From positions 124,001 to 188,000 of the forward strand of contig JAAPAO010000003.1 in assembly GCA_013115145.1 (NCBI GenBank): 64,000 nucleotides of DNA, given 5' to 3'. This DNA comes from Perkinsus chesapeaki ATCC PRA-425 (taxonomy: Eukaryota > Protista > Perkinsozoa). This document shows, in pieces, positions 11,601-23,786 of the stretch; within the stretch, counting starts at the first letter, position 1, and every line of letters starts with the position of its first letter. A program made the translations under genes and the position numbers. The notes under the pieces were generated by a model. That model worked only from the letters and a program-made list of their open reading frames with translations, was not told where the DNA came from and searched no databases.

Positions 11601-13406
11601 AGGGCCCTACGCTGGTGCAGAGCTTCTGGCACAGCCTCATAGCCCAGCGGGACCTGCTGGTCAGCCACCCTGCTGTCATCAATGGCTTCACCGAGAACAA
11701 AGGAGGTCTCAAGCTACTCGGCTACCTGCTGGATACCTCTCACACCCAGCTCCTACAACTGACTCAGTATCTTGTCCTGGTGGCCTCCCCTGCCCACCCG
11801 TACTCGGAGTTGCTGCCCGATGTGAACCAGCTCTTCCGTCCCAAGGGCCACAGGCTTATGGCTGACCAACTTCCGCTGGCCTTCCACGTCTGCCGTCCGG
11901 GTCTGCCGTCCTATGGAGTGCTCGCTGTCGAGGATGAGAAGGATCGCAACACCACTGTGGCGAAGTTGACCAAGGCGGTGCTGCCATTTTTACCCGGCCA
12001 GAGCGAGGATGCCCTCGATGGCCTATCCCTCGGTTTTTATCTCACCTTTTGGCGCCTGTCTTTGTATGACATATACGTACCGTGCGATAGCTATAAGAAA
12101 CAGATAGCCGCGATGGAGCGGGAGATGGCCGATTTGCACGGCGCCGCTGATGGCCGGGCCACCGCTGCCACGCCCAACCCGACGAAGCAGACCATCAAGC
12201 GAGCCAAGAAGGAGATCCATCGTCTGAAGGAGCACGTAGGACAACAGCGAGACCATAGCGCTTAGTGAATTGATTCAGATTGATAAGCTTCGAGTTGAAG
12301 AAACTCTCCAGCTTGAGAACCACCACAGAGTCCTTGAGCGGCTGCGTAGAGAATGCGGCAGTTGGTGGAAGCAAGAGGTCGGCAATGAGCAGGCGACGGT
12401 GGCCCTAGTGAAGTGGATGCTGGCCCAGCGTGTTATGGTAGGCATCCTAGTCTTAGACCAGTATAAGCGATATCTCTTAGTTGTCGGTTCAAGACGCCCT
12501 CTTCTGTGCTCACTTTGTTAAGCTACTGGTAACTCTCCATCCTCCAGGATTCCAGCTCCTCGACTTCTACAATGTGGCCACTAACCTCCTCATGGTCTTG
12601 GTAAGGCCGTGGAGCTGCCACCGTTACGCATGGTCATTTCTTAGGTCCAGTGCTGTACCGAATCCGAGGCAAGATGGTTTGGTGTCTTCTTGAGAGATAT
12701 GATGCACTACGTTAAAGACTTGAGGTCGATCGGTGACGCTAATAAATTTGCCGAATACGTCATCGGCAACTCGGCCTTCTACCGGCACTACCGCCCCTAC
12801 GGCGAGAAGGACGCGGAGTACCTGAAGCTGTCCGAGCTCAAGAAGGGCCACGCCAAGTGGGAGGGCCGCGTCTGCAAGGCATTGAAACCTGGCCTCGAGA
12901 AGAGCGCAGATTGGTCCGAGAAACGCAACGCCTTGAACGTCCTCATCAGCTGCTACGAATATTGTCCGGCACACTACCGCACGGCCCGAGCTGTAATGCA
13001 TCAGCTGGAGGCTCTATCCAAGGACCAGTCACAGCCGCCTGACATCAAGACCATGGCTGGAGGTCTGCTCAGCAAGATGCGGATCAGAGAGGATACGCTG
13101 CTGGACCGCCCACCGCCCAAACCGGCACACGAACACTCCAAGTCAGTCGAGAGCCACAGCAAGCCTGCTGAGCCTCATGGGAAGTCCAGCGAATCCCACA
13201 GTAAGCCTGCTGATGGCCATTCGAAGAGTGCAAGCTCAGGCCATGCACTCAACGCGCTTTCATCTCCCAGTACGGGCGTGAAGAGGTCAGCAACGGACAG
13301 CCCGAACAGCACAACTACGTCTCCCGAAGGCAAGAAGCTGAGAACTAATGATGAGAGGAGCGAGAGGAGCTCCGCTAGAGAACGTGATCGGCCCCGGCGT
13401 GATTAA
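8625..13406 (+). CDS. THOC2: THO complex subunit 2
   Basis: RTKQLYSVKKYNTFRECSEGYA, KVRKETKSLLKRI, LALMNPL, FYLTFWRLSLYDIYVP, HHRVLERLRRE, SADWSEKRNALNVL; multi-exon; S/R-rich tail ending RDRPRRD*. Confidence 0.9.
13119..13230 (+). repeat. ~42-nt (14-aa) coding tandem repeat in THOC2 tail
   Basis: KPAHEHSKSVESHS / KPAEPHGKSSESHS / KPADGHSKS. Confidence 0.75.
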
Positions 13407-13507
13407 TGAAAGCTATCCCTTGTTTCTATTATCATTACGTTTACTCCTCCGTATGTTTTGTTCGACTATGTCATGCCGGTGCTCTCGATGTAGTTTTTCT
13501 ATGACCA

Positions 13508-14971
13508 ATGCGTTCGTTCTCCGACTATGACGATGGCTACTACCACGAAGGTGGCTCGAGTAGCCACAACCGGCAGCACTATGGTCAGCATGACGATCGG
13601 GTTGCATATGATGGAGGTGCCCAGTATGGCCGAAGCTTTTATGAGGACTCGGCGTGGGATGAAGGACGGTAGGAATTTATTGCCAAAAAAATAGCAGCTC
13701 CTTGTTTCGATCAAGGGACCTTTGGGTTATGAGCCCAACACGCTATCCACTGCGCCAAGCTGCTGATGATTTTTTACTCCTGGAGCTCTTGTCCCTTGAT
13801 CCTCACCTCCCTAAATTGTGCAGCGTCCACGCTATTATATTCTATCCTTTCCGCCCCTTGCAGGTCAACGTTTCGCCGTCGTGGATGGCACAGCAGCAGT
13901 GATGAGTTCCGTCGACCCGGGGACGAATCTGACAGCGATCTCTCTGATGGGAGAGGCAAGGAATGGAGAGAAACAGACAACCCAGAATCGATGACTGTGG
14001 GACAGATGGCTTCCCTTTATCTCATGCGAGAGGCTAAGCGGCGATATGAGCCTATAGAGGTAGGGTGTAACGTACATATTATCCTCCCTTGCATTTTGCT
14101 AAGGTGCTCTTGACCACCCGATCACAGGGCTTGCAATTCCCGACAAGCGATCCTTCTTCTCTTATTCAGCCTTACACCCCTTTGGAGTTCAACCCTCGAT
14201 CAACTCGGCGGCCTCGAAGCTGCAGCCGGAGCCCGTCGCCGTACATGCAGCGGCAGATTGACTCGATGTTTCGGGAGATTGATCGCACACTGGCAGAAAA
14301 GCGCGGGGAGACTTCCTCAGACCGCCGCAGTAGAAGTCGGTCTAGAGAGCGTGATTACGGCCCGACCGAAGCCAAGGGTAAGGGCTACCGGTGCTTCATC
14401 TCACCTCTGCCATCTCCTTACCGACACCGAATGCTCTTCCCACTGGTTGGGCGTATCAGTGCATTATGTTAATTTCGACTTGAATCTCTCCCAGCAGTTT
14501 TCCCGTTGAATAGTCACTACAATCGACGCCATCCAGCCGTTTAGTATTTTAGGCGATAAGGGAGCGCAGGACGATAGTATGCATTGCCCTGCAGAACTGG
14601 GGCACGGTCTCGAAGGCAAGCCTCTGCCGGGGTAAACCTACCCATCACTTGTATGTATTAATTATTCACTTTTCAGCACCATGGAGGAGGCACGATTTCT
14701 CGTGGCTTCAAGTCTGGGGCCCGAGCAAGTCCAGGCTCCTCGTGGACCAGCCACCGCTGACCCCTACGAGACGGTGAGGTGGCCCCGAATGTTCCGTAGT
14801 AAAGCCATCCTTCCTTAGTTTCGTCAGCGTACTGCGACCACGTGGACGACATTTCTCGCAGCTAAGCGGTATGCTCGGCAAGAGCCCGGCGGCGAGGATC
14901 GGCTGCGAGGCCGATGTAACTTGTGTGGTGAACCCGGCCATTACGCCAGGGATTGCCGAAGACGTTTGTAG
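13508..14971 (+). CDS. RS-rich protein with C-terminal CCHC zinc knuckle, CHERP/SUGP-like motifs
   Basis: Exon 1 MRSFSDYDDGYY..., intron 13669-13863, then TVGQMASL...RYEPIE (like CHERP PAGLMAPL...EYKPLD), RSRSRSRE, DPYETFRQR (like CHERP DPYENYRR) and CNLCGEPGHYARDC. Confidence 0.55.
13685..13691 (-). terminator. RNA polymerase III terminator (T7 on minus strand)
   Basis: Seven A on the plus strand directly after the 3' end of the tRNA gene. Confidence 0.8.
13692..13764 (-). tRNA. trnM(i): initiator tRNA-Met (CAT)
   Basis: AGCAGCTTGGCGCAGTGGATAGCGTGTTGGGCTCATAACCCAAAGGTCCCTTGATCGAAACAAGGAGCTGCTA: 73-nt cloverleaf, CAT anticodon, A1:T72, three G:C pairs in the anticodon stem, ATCGAAA T-loop, all eukaryotic initiator hallmarks. 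Confidence 0.97.
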
Positions 14972-15057
14972 CCTTGCATTTACGGAACTGAGTTACTCTT
15001 GGGCAGTGGAAAGCTATGTCCATTTGCAGATTGTAAATTTAAACTCTAGTCACACAA

Positions 15058-17199
15058 ATGTCTCAGCCGAACGGTGATTCTTCCCTACTCACCAAATGCG
15101 CCGTGGCCGCACGTCAAGCAGGAAGGCGTCTTGCCTCGACAAGCATTGTAAGCGTGCTGCGTTACTGTGTCAAGTTTTTACTGAGAGTCACCTTTTGCTG
15201 CTGTGTGCCAGAGCTCTGCGCTGCGATGATGCATCGACATTTGAGTCTCTTCAGGAGGAGCGCAATGCCATGCTGGAGGCGATTCGCTCGAACCTGCTCG
15301 CGAATAAGGACAAGCTGCTTGCTGCTAACCAAACCGACATGGAAGCTGCCCAGAAGGATGTTGGTAAGCTTCCTCCCGCTATCCACCTTGTTGCGCATTA
15401 ATGCGTCCTCAGCGTCCGGCAAGCTCTCCCCGACCCTCTACAAAAGGCTCGATCTGTCGGGCTCTAAATGGAATAGTTTAATCGCCGGCCTCGAAACCGT
15501 AGTGGCACTCAAGGATCCTCTGGGTAGGAACCCCGCGGCGCGGTGACGTGGACATCTGCTCGCTTATCAGGCCGTGTCACCTACAGCCACCAAATGACCG
15601 AGGACGGCCTCAGCCTGTATCGCATCACATGCCCGATCGGTGTTGTACTCGTTATCTTCGAGGCCAGGCCAGAAGCTGCCGTAATTATGGCCATCAATAC
15701 CCCTCTTCGCGAAGTTCCGTACCAGGTCCAAATAGCGTCCCTCTGCATTAAGAGTGGCAATGCTCTGCTGCTGAAGGGCGGCTCGGAGGCCAAGAACTCC
15801 AACGCTGCCATAGTCGATACCATCAGAGATGCTCTCCGTCCCATGGGAATGGAGGATGCCGTACGGCTCGCTTCAACAATGACCGCAGTCTGAGGTGCTC
15901 AGGTTCAATGCATCGATAGCAGGAGTGCTGTGGACGAGCTGCTGAAGATGGACGACTATATCGACGTTGTGGTGCCCCGAGGATCCAATAGCCTTGTCAA
16001 GTGAGTGTCATCAAATTTCATAGAGTGGTGGGTATCCTCGTGTCCGCAGGTACATCAAGAGTCACACTTCTATTCCGGTGCTGGGCCATGCTGATGGTAA
16101 AACCGTAGACGCAGTGGTGTTTGGGGTTCAGCGTTATGCAGGTATTTGTCACACATACATCCATGCTAAGGCCGACCCGGACATGGCCATCAAAGTCACT
16201 GTTGATGCCAAGACTCAGTACCCAGCAGTCTGCAATGCAACAGAGACGGTGGGCTTGTAGTCGAAGCTGCTGCTTTTGATTTGTCTCTTCGGGCAGATTC
16301 TCGTGGACCAAGCCATCGCTGACAGTTTCATCCCTCGCCTATTCTCAAGCCTTCGTGAGAAGGGAGTGGTAAGCTACAAGCTGCTGGTAGGATGCTATCG
16401 CGATCTCTGTTCAGACTGTACACGGTGATCCTACTGTATTGAGCATTCTTGGTGGAGAGAAGGAAGGATTGGTGAAAGCCAGTGGCAATGACTTCGACAC
16501 AGAGTGGTGCTCTCTGGTGAGCATTCATTCGCCTCCTTACCGCAGCTGCTTACCGCACTATAAATGATATTAATGTGTTTGCATCCAAGGCATTAGGCAA
16601 GATGAAGTCATGTACTCATATTAAGTAGTCCTATGTGATATCCATTATAGAAATAATCGCATAATCCATAATATATAATAATCAGTATGGATATGTTAAT
16701 GTTTCTGATGCACTCAGGAGTGCAGCATGCATGTCGTCCCCGACATCGAGGCCGCCGTCGACCACATCAACACCCATGGCTCTCACCACACTGACTGTAG
16801 GTTATTGCTTGTATTCCTTCTGGAGTTTGCCATCCACAGGTATCATAACGTCCGATCCGAAGGTTGCTGATGAGTTCATGAGGAAGGTCGATTCCGCTGG
16901 CGTCTACTGGAATGCCTCCACAAGATTCGCCGATGGCTTCCGTTACGGATTCGGCGCAGAGGTTGGCGTTAGTAAGCACGAGCTGATCGGTTGGCGGCAG
17001 AAAGCACTCCGCTGTAGGTACCAATCGCATCCATGCCCGCGGACCCATGGGCCTCGAAGGGCTCACGATCTGCAAGTACAGGCTCTACGGTAACGGCCAC
17101 ACGGTGACCGAGTACGGTGACAAGCTGCTTCCTCCTTCCGATAAGCCCCTCCCCGGCACAGATGAGAACGAGCTGAGAAAGATATACCATCAGAACTGA
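15058..17199 (+). CDS. proA: gamma-glutamyl phosphate reductase (glutamate-5-semialdehyde dehydrogenase)
   Basis: [77 protein letters not shown]. Confidence 0.95.
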
Positions 17200-17298
17200 A
17201 TCCTGTTACCCAGCAGCAATGTGTAATCTCATAGTTTCTCAAGCAGCATTACGGGCTGAGTTTGAAAGTGGAAGGGAGCAACACGCATTAGTGTCAGC

Positions 17299-18852
17299 AT
17301 GATTCGGATACGAGCCGTTCATCTGGGCGCTGTGGTTCGGCCCGTCCCGTCATCGGTGACTTTTGTATCCTCCTCGGAGCACGCCAGGGCAGTTGCGAAG
17401 ACACTCGGGGAGGAGGAAGTGATCGGAGTTGACTGCGAAGGCGTCATGCTCGGACGGTTCGGGCAGCTCTGTACAATACAGATCGCAACCGAGCTCGGCC
17501 ATGCGTAAGTCCGTTTGACATCTGCATTGAGCTCTACGGCAGGTTCATGTTTGACGCGTGCCGCGATGGTGTTGTCCAATCGCTTGGTCCCTTGCTGTCC
17601 GACTCATCAGTGCTGAAGGTGTTCCACGATTGTCGCGAAGACTCCAGTGCTCTCTACCATCAGCACGACATCGCCTTGGACTGTGTTTTCGATACCCAGG
17701 CAACCATGCTTGTTGGGGACCGCATGGATCATCAGACAGGCTATTGGGAGCTTGTTCGCCAAGTGCTCTTTGATGGCCAGGAAGTGAGTCGTTCTGAGAC
17801 ATGGCCTCGACGCTGCACCGAGTAGCCCATTAGGATGTTTCGCATGAATCTCTCGGAGACGAGCCAAGTATCAAGACGCTGATGGCGGAGGACCCCCAAG
17901 TTTGGCGACGACGTCCGCTTTCGAAGACTCTAGTAGAGTAAGCGGTGGAGCCATTACTTCAAGTGCCAAGCCTCTCCGATTTATCAGATATGCCCTCTCT
18001 GGCTGCCTCCATCTTATACCACTCTACCGGGCGATACAGGAGAAATACTTAACAACGTCAGAGGCCTTGACCGATGCCATCGAGTTCTCCGATCACTGGG
18101 TGAGACGTGGTCTGTATCGGCGATCCTCAAGAATCCCTTCAGGTCTCCTACCGACATCTGAACCCACAGCTCAAGTCGGCAGCCGATGTGATAAAGCCTC
18201 CTGAGGACGGTGTGAACCGACAGTCCTACGGGAGGAAACTTCAGGCAATGCTTGCCTCCCGCACTCCAACAGGTGAGTCCATGGTTATTATAAGCCGTCG
18301 TTTTGCTCCAGGGCGTGTTCAACCTATTTGCCGGCCTTATATCGTAACGGTGTAGGTGAACTATTCTGGAAGTTGAATGCAGCCCCTCGTGTTGGCTTCA
18401 CAACGAATCCTCGCCCTTTGCAGCGGTTCCGTGATGTATCAATTGGTGACATAGTTGACGTTTGCGTGTCCAAGGTCAGCTGGAACGGCAAGTGAGACCA
18501 CCAGTTCACCAACTAATCGACTCATTCTTCCACGCCTCAGATTCTTATATCTCGACCGCTACGACCATGACTTCAACTATTACGATCGCAGCTTGCGGCC
18601 ACGGAACGACAAAATTGGTAGCGCATCCCAAGAGTAAGGTCGACTTGTCCAGTAGTTGCCGTGATGCTGCTCTGTTGTAGGTATGTCCATCAGCCACCGG
18701 CCTACTACGAGGAGTCATCAGACACAGACCCTCTACTGAGGGTGTGCTTGCCAACAGATGGTGACTTTGACTCTGATGGGGATGATGTTGATCATGAACC
18801 GCGTTGTTTCACACGTTTCTGGTTTGCTTTGCTTTTGTTCCGTCACTGGTAG
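17299..18852 (+). CDS. DnaQ-like 3'-5' exonuclease (EXD1/Egalitarian type) with C-terminal S1/OB-like segment
   Basis: VIGVDCEG (ExoI), QIAT, KVFHDCREDSSAL (ExoII), VFDTQ, WRRRPLS, RYA; later FRDVSIGDIVDVCVSKV. Confidence 0.8.
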
Positions 18853-19089
18853 GCAACTCAAGCCCTACAATGTGAAATCAGAAAGGAATCGTAATGGTTA
18901 ATTGTCCCAGTCCGGTGGATCCTTCTCAGTCGTCACCTACACACAGCAAAGCTCACATAATTACGCGTTCCAACTCACAGTGCACTTTCCAATGCAGTCC
19001 TTTGATAAATTAGAGTCACGATTTTACCCGTTGGCGCCTGACAAACCGAGAAAGGTAGCTACGCTGGTGCGATTCGGCACCCACCTTAA

Positions 19090-20067
19090 CTAATAGCATA
19101 TCTGGACATCATAGTCCTCATCTTCGGCAGACACATACACCTTGATCCTCAATCCACATGGACTTAGGAGACACGCGGACGGCCAGCAATCCAGACGAAG
19201 TCTTGACAGCTCCTCAACCCTCGGCTCGCCTTCCATGATCAACCGTAGCAGAGTTAGGTTAGACCGCTGCTTTCCATTGGAACACGGAGCTCTGTCATCC
19301 AGCAGTATAACATCGGGAGTAACAAATTGCACGTCTGCGTACACAGACCACACCGACGGCCAGGTGGGGACGGTCACCCAATCGGACCCTTCGTCCTTGA
19401 CATGGATCTCTGTAACTCCAAAAGGCGAATCGGAGTCGCTGGCATCCTCCTGGTCATCGTGCGCCCTGTAGTAAGGCTCGAAGGGTCGCTTGTTTCGAGT
19501 CATCACACCAATCCTGATACTGCCGTCCGATCTACGAGTGACGCTGAAGCTCCTGGCGAGCCTCTTCAGTGTAGCCAAATCACGAATCTTCAAGTCCACT
19601 CGAGTGAGCTCCTTGAACTCTGTAGTGTTGTCATCAAAATTCGCCAGTCCCACATAGAAGCGGTCGTCCAGCAAGACCAGTTTGTCGACCACGCCCGTGG
19701 CCATATCCTCGTGGCCACCGATGCCCTTCTCAGAGAGGCAGGCTCCAAGCATGACCTCCTCGTCCTCTTCCTCATCATATATTAGCAAGTGGCCGCAGCC
19801 AGACAGCTCGCAGACGTCGAGGTAGTAGTGCAGCTTGGTTAGAGGATCGGCTATGGCAGAAGGGTTCTTCAATGCATTGTCGCGCCACCATGAGTCCTCG
19901 GCACGAGTTGCCTTGCCAGAGGTGGCCAGCCTCAGTGTTCTAGGCTCCCGACGGCCTATATACTGGCTGATCATATATTTGATATCTTTAACCCCTTTCA
20001 GGTTGAGGGGTATGGCGCTGCTTACCGCTGCCAAGTCGATGGTTAAGTTGGAGAGACCACGAGGCAT
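19090..20067 (-). CDS. intronless lineage-specific protein, probable beta-propeller; paralog of 20401-21360
   Basis: Within ORF 19090..20130. Likely start MPRGLSNLTIDL aligns with MPFGAGHLALDL of the neighbour; beta-rich; ends SPCG...ICY*. Confidence 0.6.
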   Translation of the reverse strand: MPRGLSNLTIDLAAVSSAIPLNLKGVKDIKYMISQYIGRREPRTLRLATSGKATRAEDSWWRDNALKNPSAIADPLTKLHYYLDVCELSGCGHLLIYDEEEDEEVMLGACLSEKGIGGHEDMATGVVDKLVLLDDRFYVGLANFDDNTTEFKELTRVDLKIRDLATLKRLARSFSVTRRSDGSIRIGVMTRNKRPFEPYYRAHDDQEDASDSDSPFGVTEIHVKDEGSDWVTVPTWPSVWSVYADVQFVTPDVILLDDRAPCSNGKQRSNLTLLRLIMEGEPRVEELSRLRLDCWPSACLLSPCGLRIKVYVSAEDEDYDVQICY

Positions 20068-20400
20068 TCCAGAGGATCGGCAGCATTCAACTGCGAGTTG
20101 GTTCAATTTCACAGGCTCACATGAGAACACTCCTCTAGGACAAAAAGTGTCCAGAAATGAAACGTTTTCCAGCGGTAAAACACTATCTGAAGAACACCAG
20201 TGAACCCGTCGGAAACAAATAGGCTTCTGTTAGATACCTTCGACAACAGGTAGTCGTGCATTGAGGCATCTACTGTGGTGAACGCAACAGGCAGAAGGAT
20301 ATGTCACTAATCACAAACACCCTACTATCACACTCAGTTGTCAGATAGCCGCTAAATATGCCTTTTAGCCATGTCCCTTCGGTCCAGCTGAGTGAAGTCA

Positions 20401-21360
20401 TCAATACACCACCCGTATGTAGGTACCCGACGAGCCAGCCAGGAACTTACCCGAAGGACTGGCGGTGAAAGTCTCATATGAGAAGGAGGTGGTGAAAGAG
20501 ACAACGCCTGTGACATTGTGTCCCTCGCCTCCATCGACAGCGTTAAGTACTATACAGCGCCTTGAGCGGGTAGGGTCGTCTCGAGGCGCCTGCGACCAGA
20601 AGAGTGATGACGGGCATGTAAACACGGTACCCGGTGAGATAAAGCGGATAGGGTCGCGGTCCATGTCTGGGTTCTCCTGGAGCATGACCGTAGTGGCGGG
20701 GCCAGACCCGTCCATCGGCATGTCCATGACCGACATTCGCTTGTTGTGAGGCGGATACATAATATCCGGGCCACTCCTTGTCACTCGGTGCAATACCGCG
20801 ATCATGACGCGAAGGGTGGAATGGTTCTTCTGGATGACATCGAAATCACAGCCGCCGCCGGTGACAGAACACACCACACTAGGCTCGTAGGAATCCCCTT
20901 CGAGCTTCACCACAGCCGTGTAAGGGTGGTCCATTTGCCTGGTTACAGCAAGATAGACCACGTCGCCTATCGCCACGACATGATCGAGATATCGCTCCGC
21001 AGGTGGCAAGCCCGGGAAGGTCAACGGGAGGGAGATGGAGACCAGAGGACGGCCGTGGAGGCCGTCATGGACCAGGAAGGCACCGCCACCTTTAGCGAGC
21101 TCGTAGATCCGCCCGGTCAGCGGCGATGCTGCGTTGTATGAGCCGCCACCCCAGTGACTGAAGGCATGCTCGGCCCACCACTCGTCCTTAGGGCAACGCC
21201 ACATCGACGGCCGCGGCTCGACCACCAACCCAGTCGGTTCACGGGGACCGATTAAGTCAAAAATCCGGCTCTTGAGGTCGCGCGAGGCCTGGCAGGTGGA
21301 CGGGAATTTATTTTCAAGGGCCTGGAGGTCAAGGGCCAAGTGTCCTGCTCCGAAAGGCAT
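20401..21360 (-). CDS. intronless lineage-specific protein, probable beta-propeller; paralog of 19090-20067
   Basis: Shares IGxREP, DxWW, A(D/S)PLT, EL..G motifs; ends SPSG...VVY*. Confidence 0.6.
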   Translation of the reverse strand: MPFGAGHLALDLQALENKFPSTCQASRDLKSRIFDLIGPREPTGLVVEPRPSMWRCPKDEWWAEHAFSHWGGGSYNAASPLTGRIYELAKGGGAFLVHDGLHGRPLVSISLPLTFPGLPPAERYLDHVVAIGDVVYLAVTRQMDHPYTAVVKLEGDSYEPSVVCSVTGGGCDFDVIQKNHSTLRVMIAVLHRVTRSGPDIMYPPHNKRMSVMDMPMDGSGPATTVMLQENPDMDRDPIRFISPGTVFTCPSSLFWSQAPRDDPTRSRRCIVLNAVDGGEGHNVTGVVSFTTSFSYETFTASPSGKFLAGSSGTYIRVVY

Positions 21361-21449
21361 ATAAAATCTAAGGTCGGATCGTTGAGCGAGGGAACCCAAG
21401 CCACGGGAGGCGAAACAAAAGTTGCAATTAGAACACAGGAGGAGTAGCG

Positions 21450-23637
21450 TCATGCCGCAATGCTCGATTTGACACTCCTCATCGCATCTGAATTTATCAC
21501 TTTAACCTGCCCCTCCATACTGAAAGACGGCACTCTGACCGCCTCCGGTGACTCCTCCGGCGAAGTGGAGTCGGTCTTCTTGGGAGGGTGTTGCCGCTTG
21601 CTTGAGAGCTCGTCCAGCAGGGGGTAGCCCGGCTGCATGAACTCCAGCAGTTTTGCAGCATGCCAATCAGTTGGGGGGCACATCTCAACATCGCTGGCAT
21701 CCTGGGGCACCTCTTCCCCTTCGGTGTCCAAACCCAGCCAGTGTGAGAAGTCCACCTTGGAGCTCTGCTTGTACATGTTTACAGTATGCCGCGCGCTCAT
21801 CGTTGCACGCCGGCCGCTGCTGTCATCCACTTCGTTGAAGTCAAAAGCTTCTTCACTCTCGATCCAATCACAGTTGACTCCTGCAGAGGCACAGTGGACG
21901 ACAGTTAGACCGGAGGTCTCACCTGTGGCGTAGAAGTTCGGGACGAATGCGAACCAGTTGTTCTGCGGCGCCGCCGTCCAGACCAAGACGCAGCCCTCGG
22001 CGAGCAAGCCCAGGAACATGCTCCCTCCTCGGGTCGGAGCCCACTGCGGTGGAAAGGCTACAAGGAGGAGCGTGCTGCAGTTGGACTACTTGGACCCGAA
22101 CGAGCGGCGTGTTGAGCTTGCTGGTATTCCATTTGCATAGGCAATCGTCAGCATTGGCGCAACTCCGTCGTCCAGCCCCGGACGGTTTCATGCCGTTTCG
22201 GAGGAGGTCGATAACCTGAGGGACGCTGTTCGTAGGAAAGGAATTGACAGTCAGGAGTACCTGCAGCGTGCCCTGGCCTCCTCGAGAATGGCCTGCACAC
22301 AGCAAGAGCCATCCTGGCTGACCTGATCAGCTCGGGGATGGTATCGGCATGGCCAAGGGTCCTACCGCTCCCTGATGGCTTCGGCAACGGATCAAAGCTC
22401 GTCCAGCACATCGACTCGAGGGAGTCACGAAGCTCTTGAACCAGTTCTAACTGGAACGCTATGATACCGAGAATGCCGAATCAGTGGGGGGGGCACTTAC
22501 AGTCCATTGGTAGGTGTCCGTGTCCGAACCGTAGTCGGAGGAGGGTGATGCCGGTGACATGCGAGAGGCCACGGGAACCGCCTGGTAGACTGAGATCACC
22601 TCGACCTGCTGGACCAGCACCTGATGGGAGCTGCCGATGCTTCCTATGGACGGACTTACCAGCCAGGCTGACTGTCCATCCGGAGCTTGCGTGCCCAGGC
22701 AGGCCACCCTCTCCACTGGGCCGTAGGCAGGGACCATGTGGGCCTTCGCTAGGATCTCGGTTTTACCGTCAGAGTTGATTCCCAGGGCGAAGAGCCGCAG
22801 CAAGGCTTTCGACGACGTTTTCTGTCCGTACACAGTGGCGCATGCGTGCGTTGGCAGGGCTGCAATGGACTGCACTGCGCAGGAATCTAAGGGTGGTACC
22901 GTCAGTCTCTCTGGCTCCCACAGCCGAGGCCTGCCACTTGCTGCTGCTGCTATCGCCCGGCAGCACTGAGAAGTCTATCCGGGGCCCAGCGAGGGTATCT
23001 TCTGTGACCTCCAGCGGGTCGCTCTCGGCCACTTCGAATCGGAGGATCCGTGGGGCCTGCAAATGAGGGACGTATCCTGGCCAGCGGGGCGCCGGCCGTT
23101 CCCTACGGCCAGCTACCACTAGCACCTCCTTACACTGTTGTCCAGAGGGATCCCCAGCGCTGTGATGGCTTGCTCATGCCTGGCTCCTATGAGCTCCATG
23201 GAGGCCATCGCTTCATAGCGAGCTCCCACGGTGCATTTGCCAGACCTCGGATTGATGGTGACAAGGAACGTGTCCGCCACAGCGATTATGCAGTCGCGGA
23301 GCCACCATACTGCCAGCCAGGTTTGGTCTCGAGCGTTGTGGACCAGCGGTAAGGACCAAACCATTATATTCGAGCGGAGGTCATAAAGGCAGAGGGAACC
23401 ACCGCAACTGATGGCTGCTACAAAGAGGCCACAGGGGTCGGTGGCCAGCACCAGGAACCTGAGCGGGTATATCTGTATTACTGCAGGGACGTCTGTAGGG
23501 TACCATTCGTCCTCGGGCGGAACCAACAGGCCCGTCTGTGCTGTCGGCAGTAGTTTGCGTATTTGGGAAGTGGAGTTGCCGAAGGTGTGGTAGCTCAGGC
23601 TGCTTATCCGAAGCTCTGTATCGAAATCAACGTCCAT
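21450..23637 (-). CDS. RBBP5: WD40 protein, RBBP5/Swd1 (COMPASS)-like, divergent
   Basis: C-terminal EGCVLVWTAAPQNNWFAFVPNF...WIESEEAFDFNE matches RBBP5 SGVVSIW...ENWSAFAPDF...YEERESEFDIE; N-terminal WD-like GGSLCLYDL, HEQAITAL. Confidence 0.6.
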
Positions 23638-23786
23638 TTAGAAGGCTGCACAGGTCGATAGAAACCGCGGAGCTACCAACTCGAAACGGACGTGATGAGT
23701 GGCACGAAATAGAGCATGCACGGAGAAACATCGATGACCGTCAACCTCGAAATGAATACCAGAATTTTAAAACTTAGAGCGGTGAC

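Noticed and set aside
21450-21453. ATGA start/stop overlap between the RBBP5-like gene and the next ORF (bacterial-style coupling)
   Set aside because: Alignment with the paralog puts the real start at 21360 (MPFG), after a likely AG acceptor.
23480-23637. Resemblance of the RBBP5-like N-terminus (EDEWY, ATDPCG) to the orphan pair at 19090-21360
   Set aside because: Too short; explainable by generic propeller composition.
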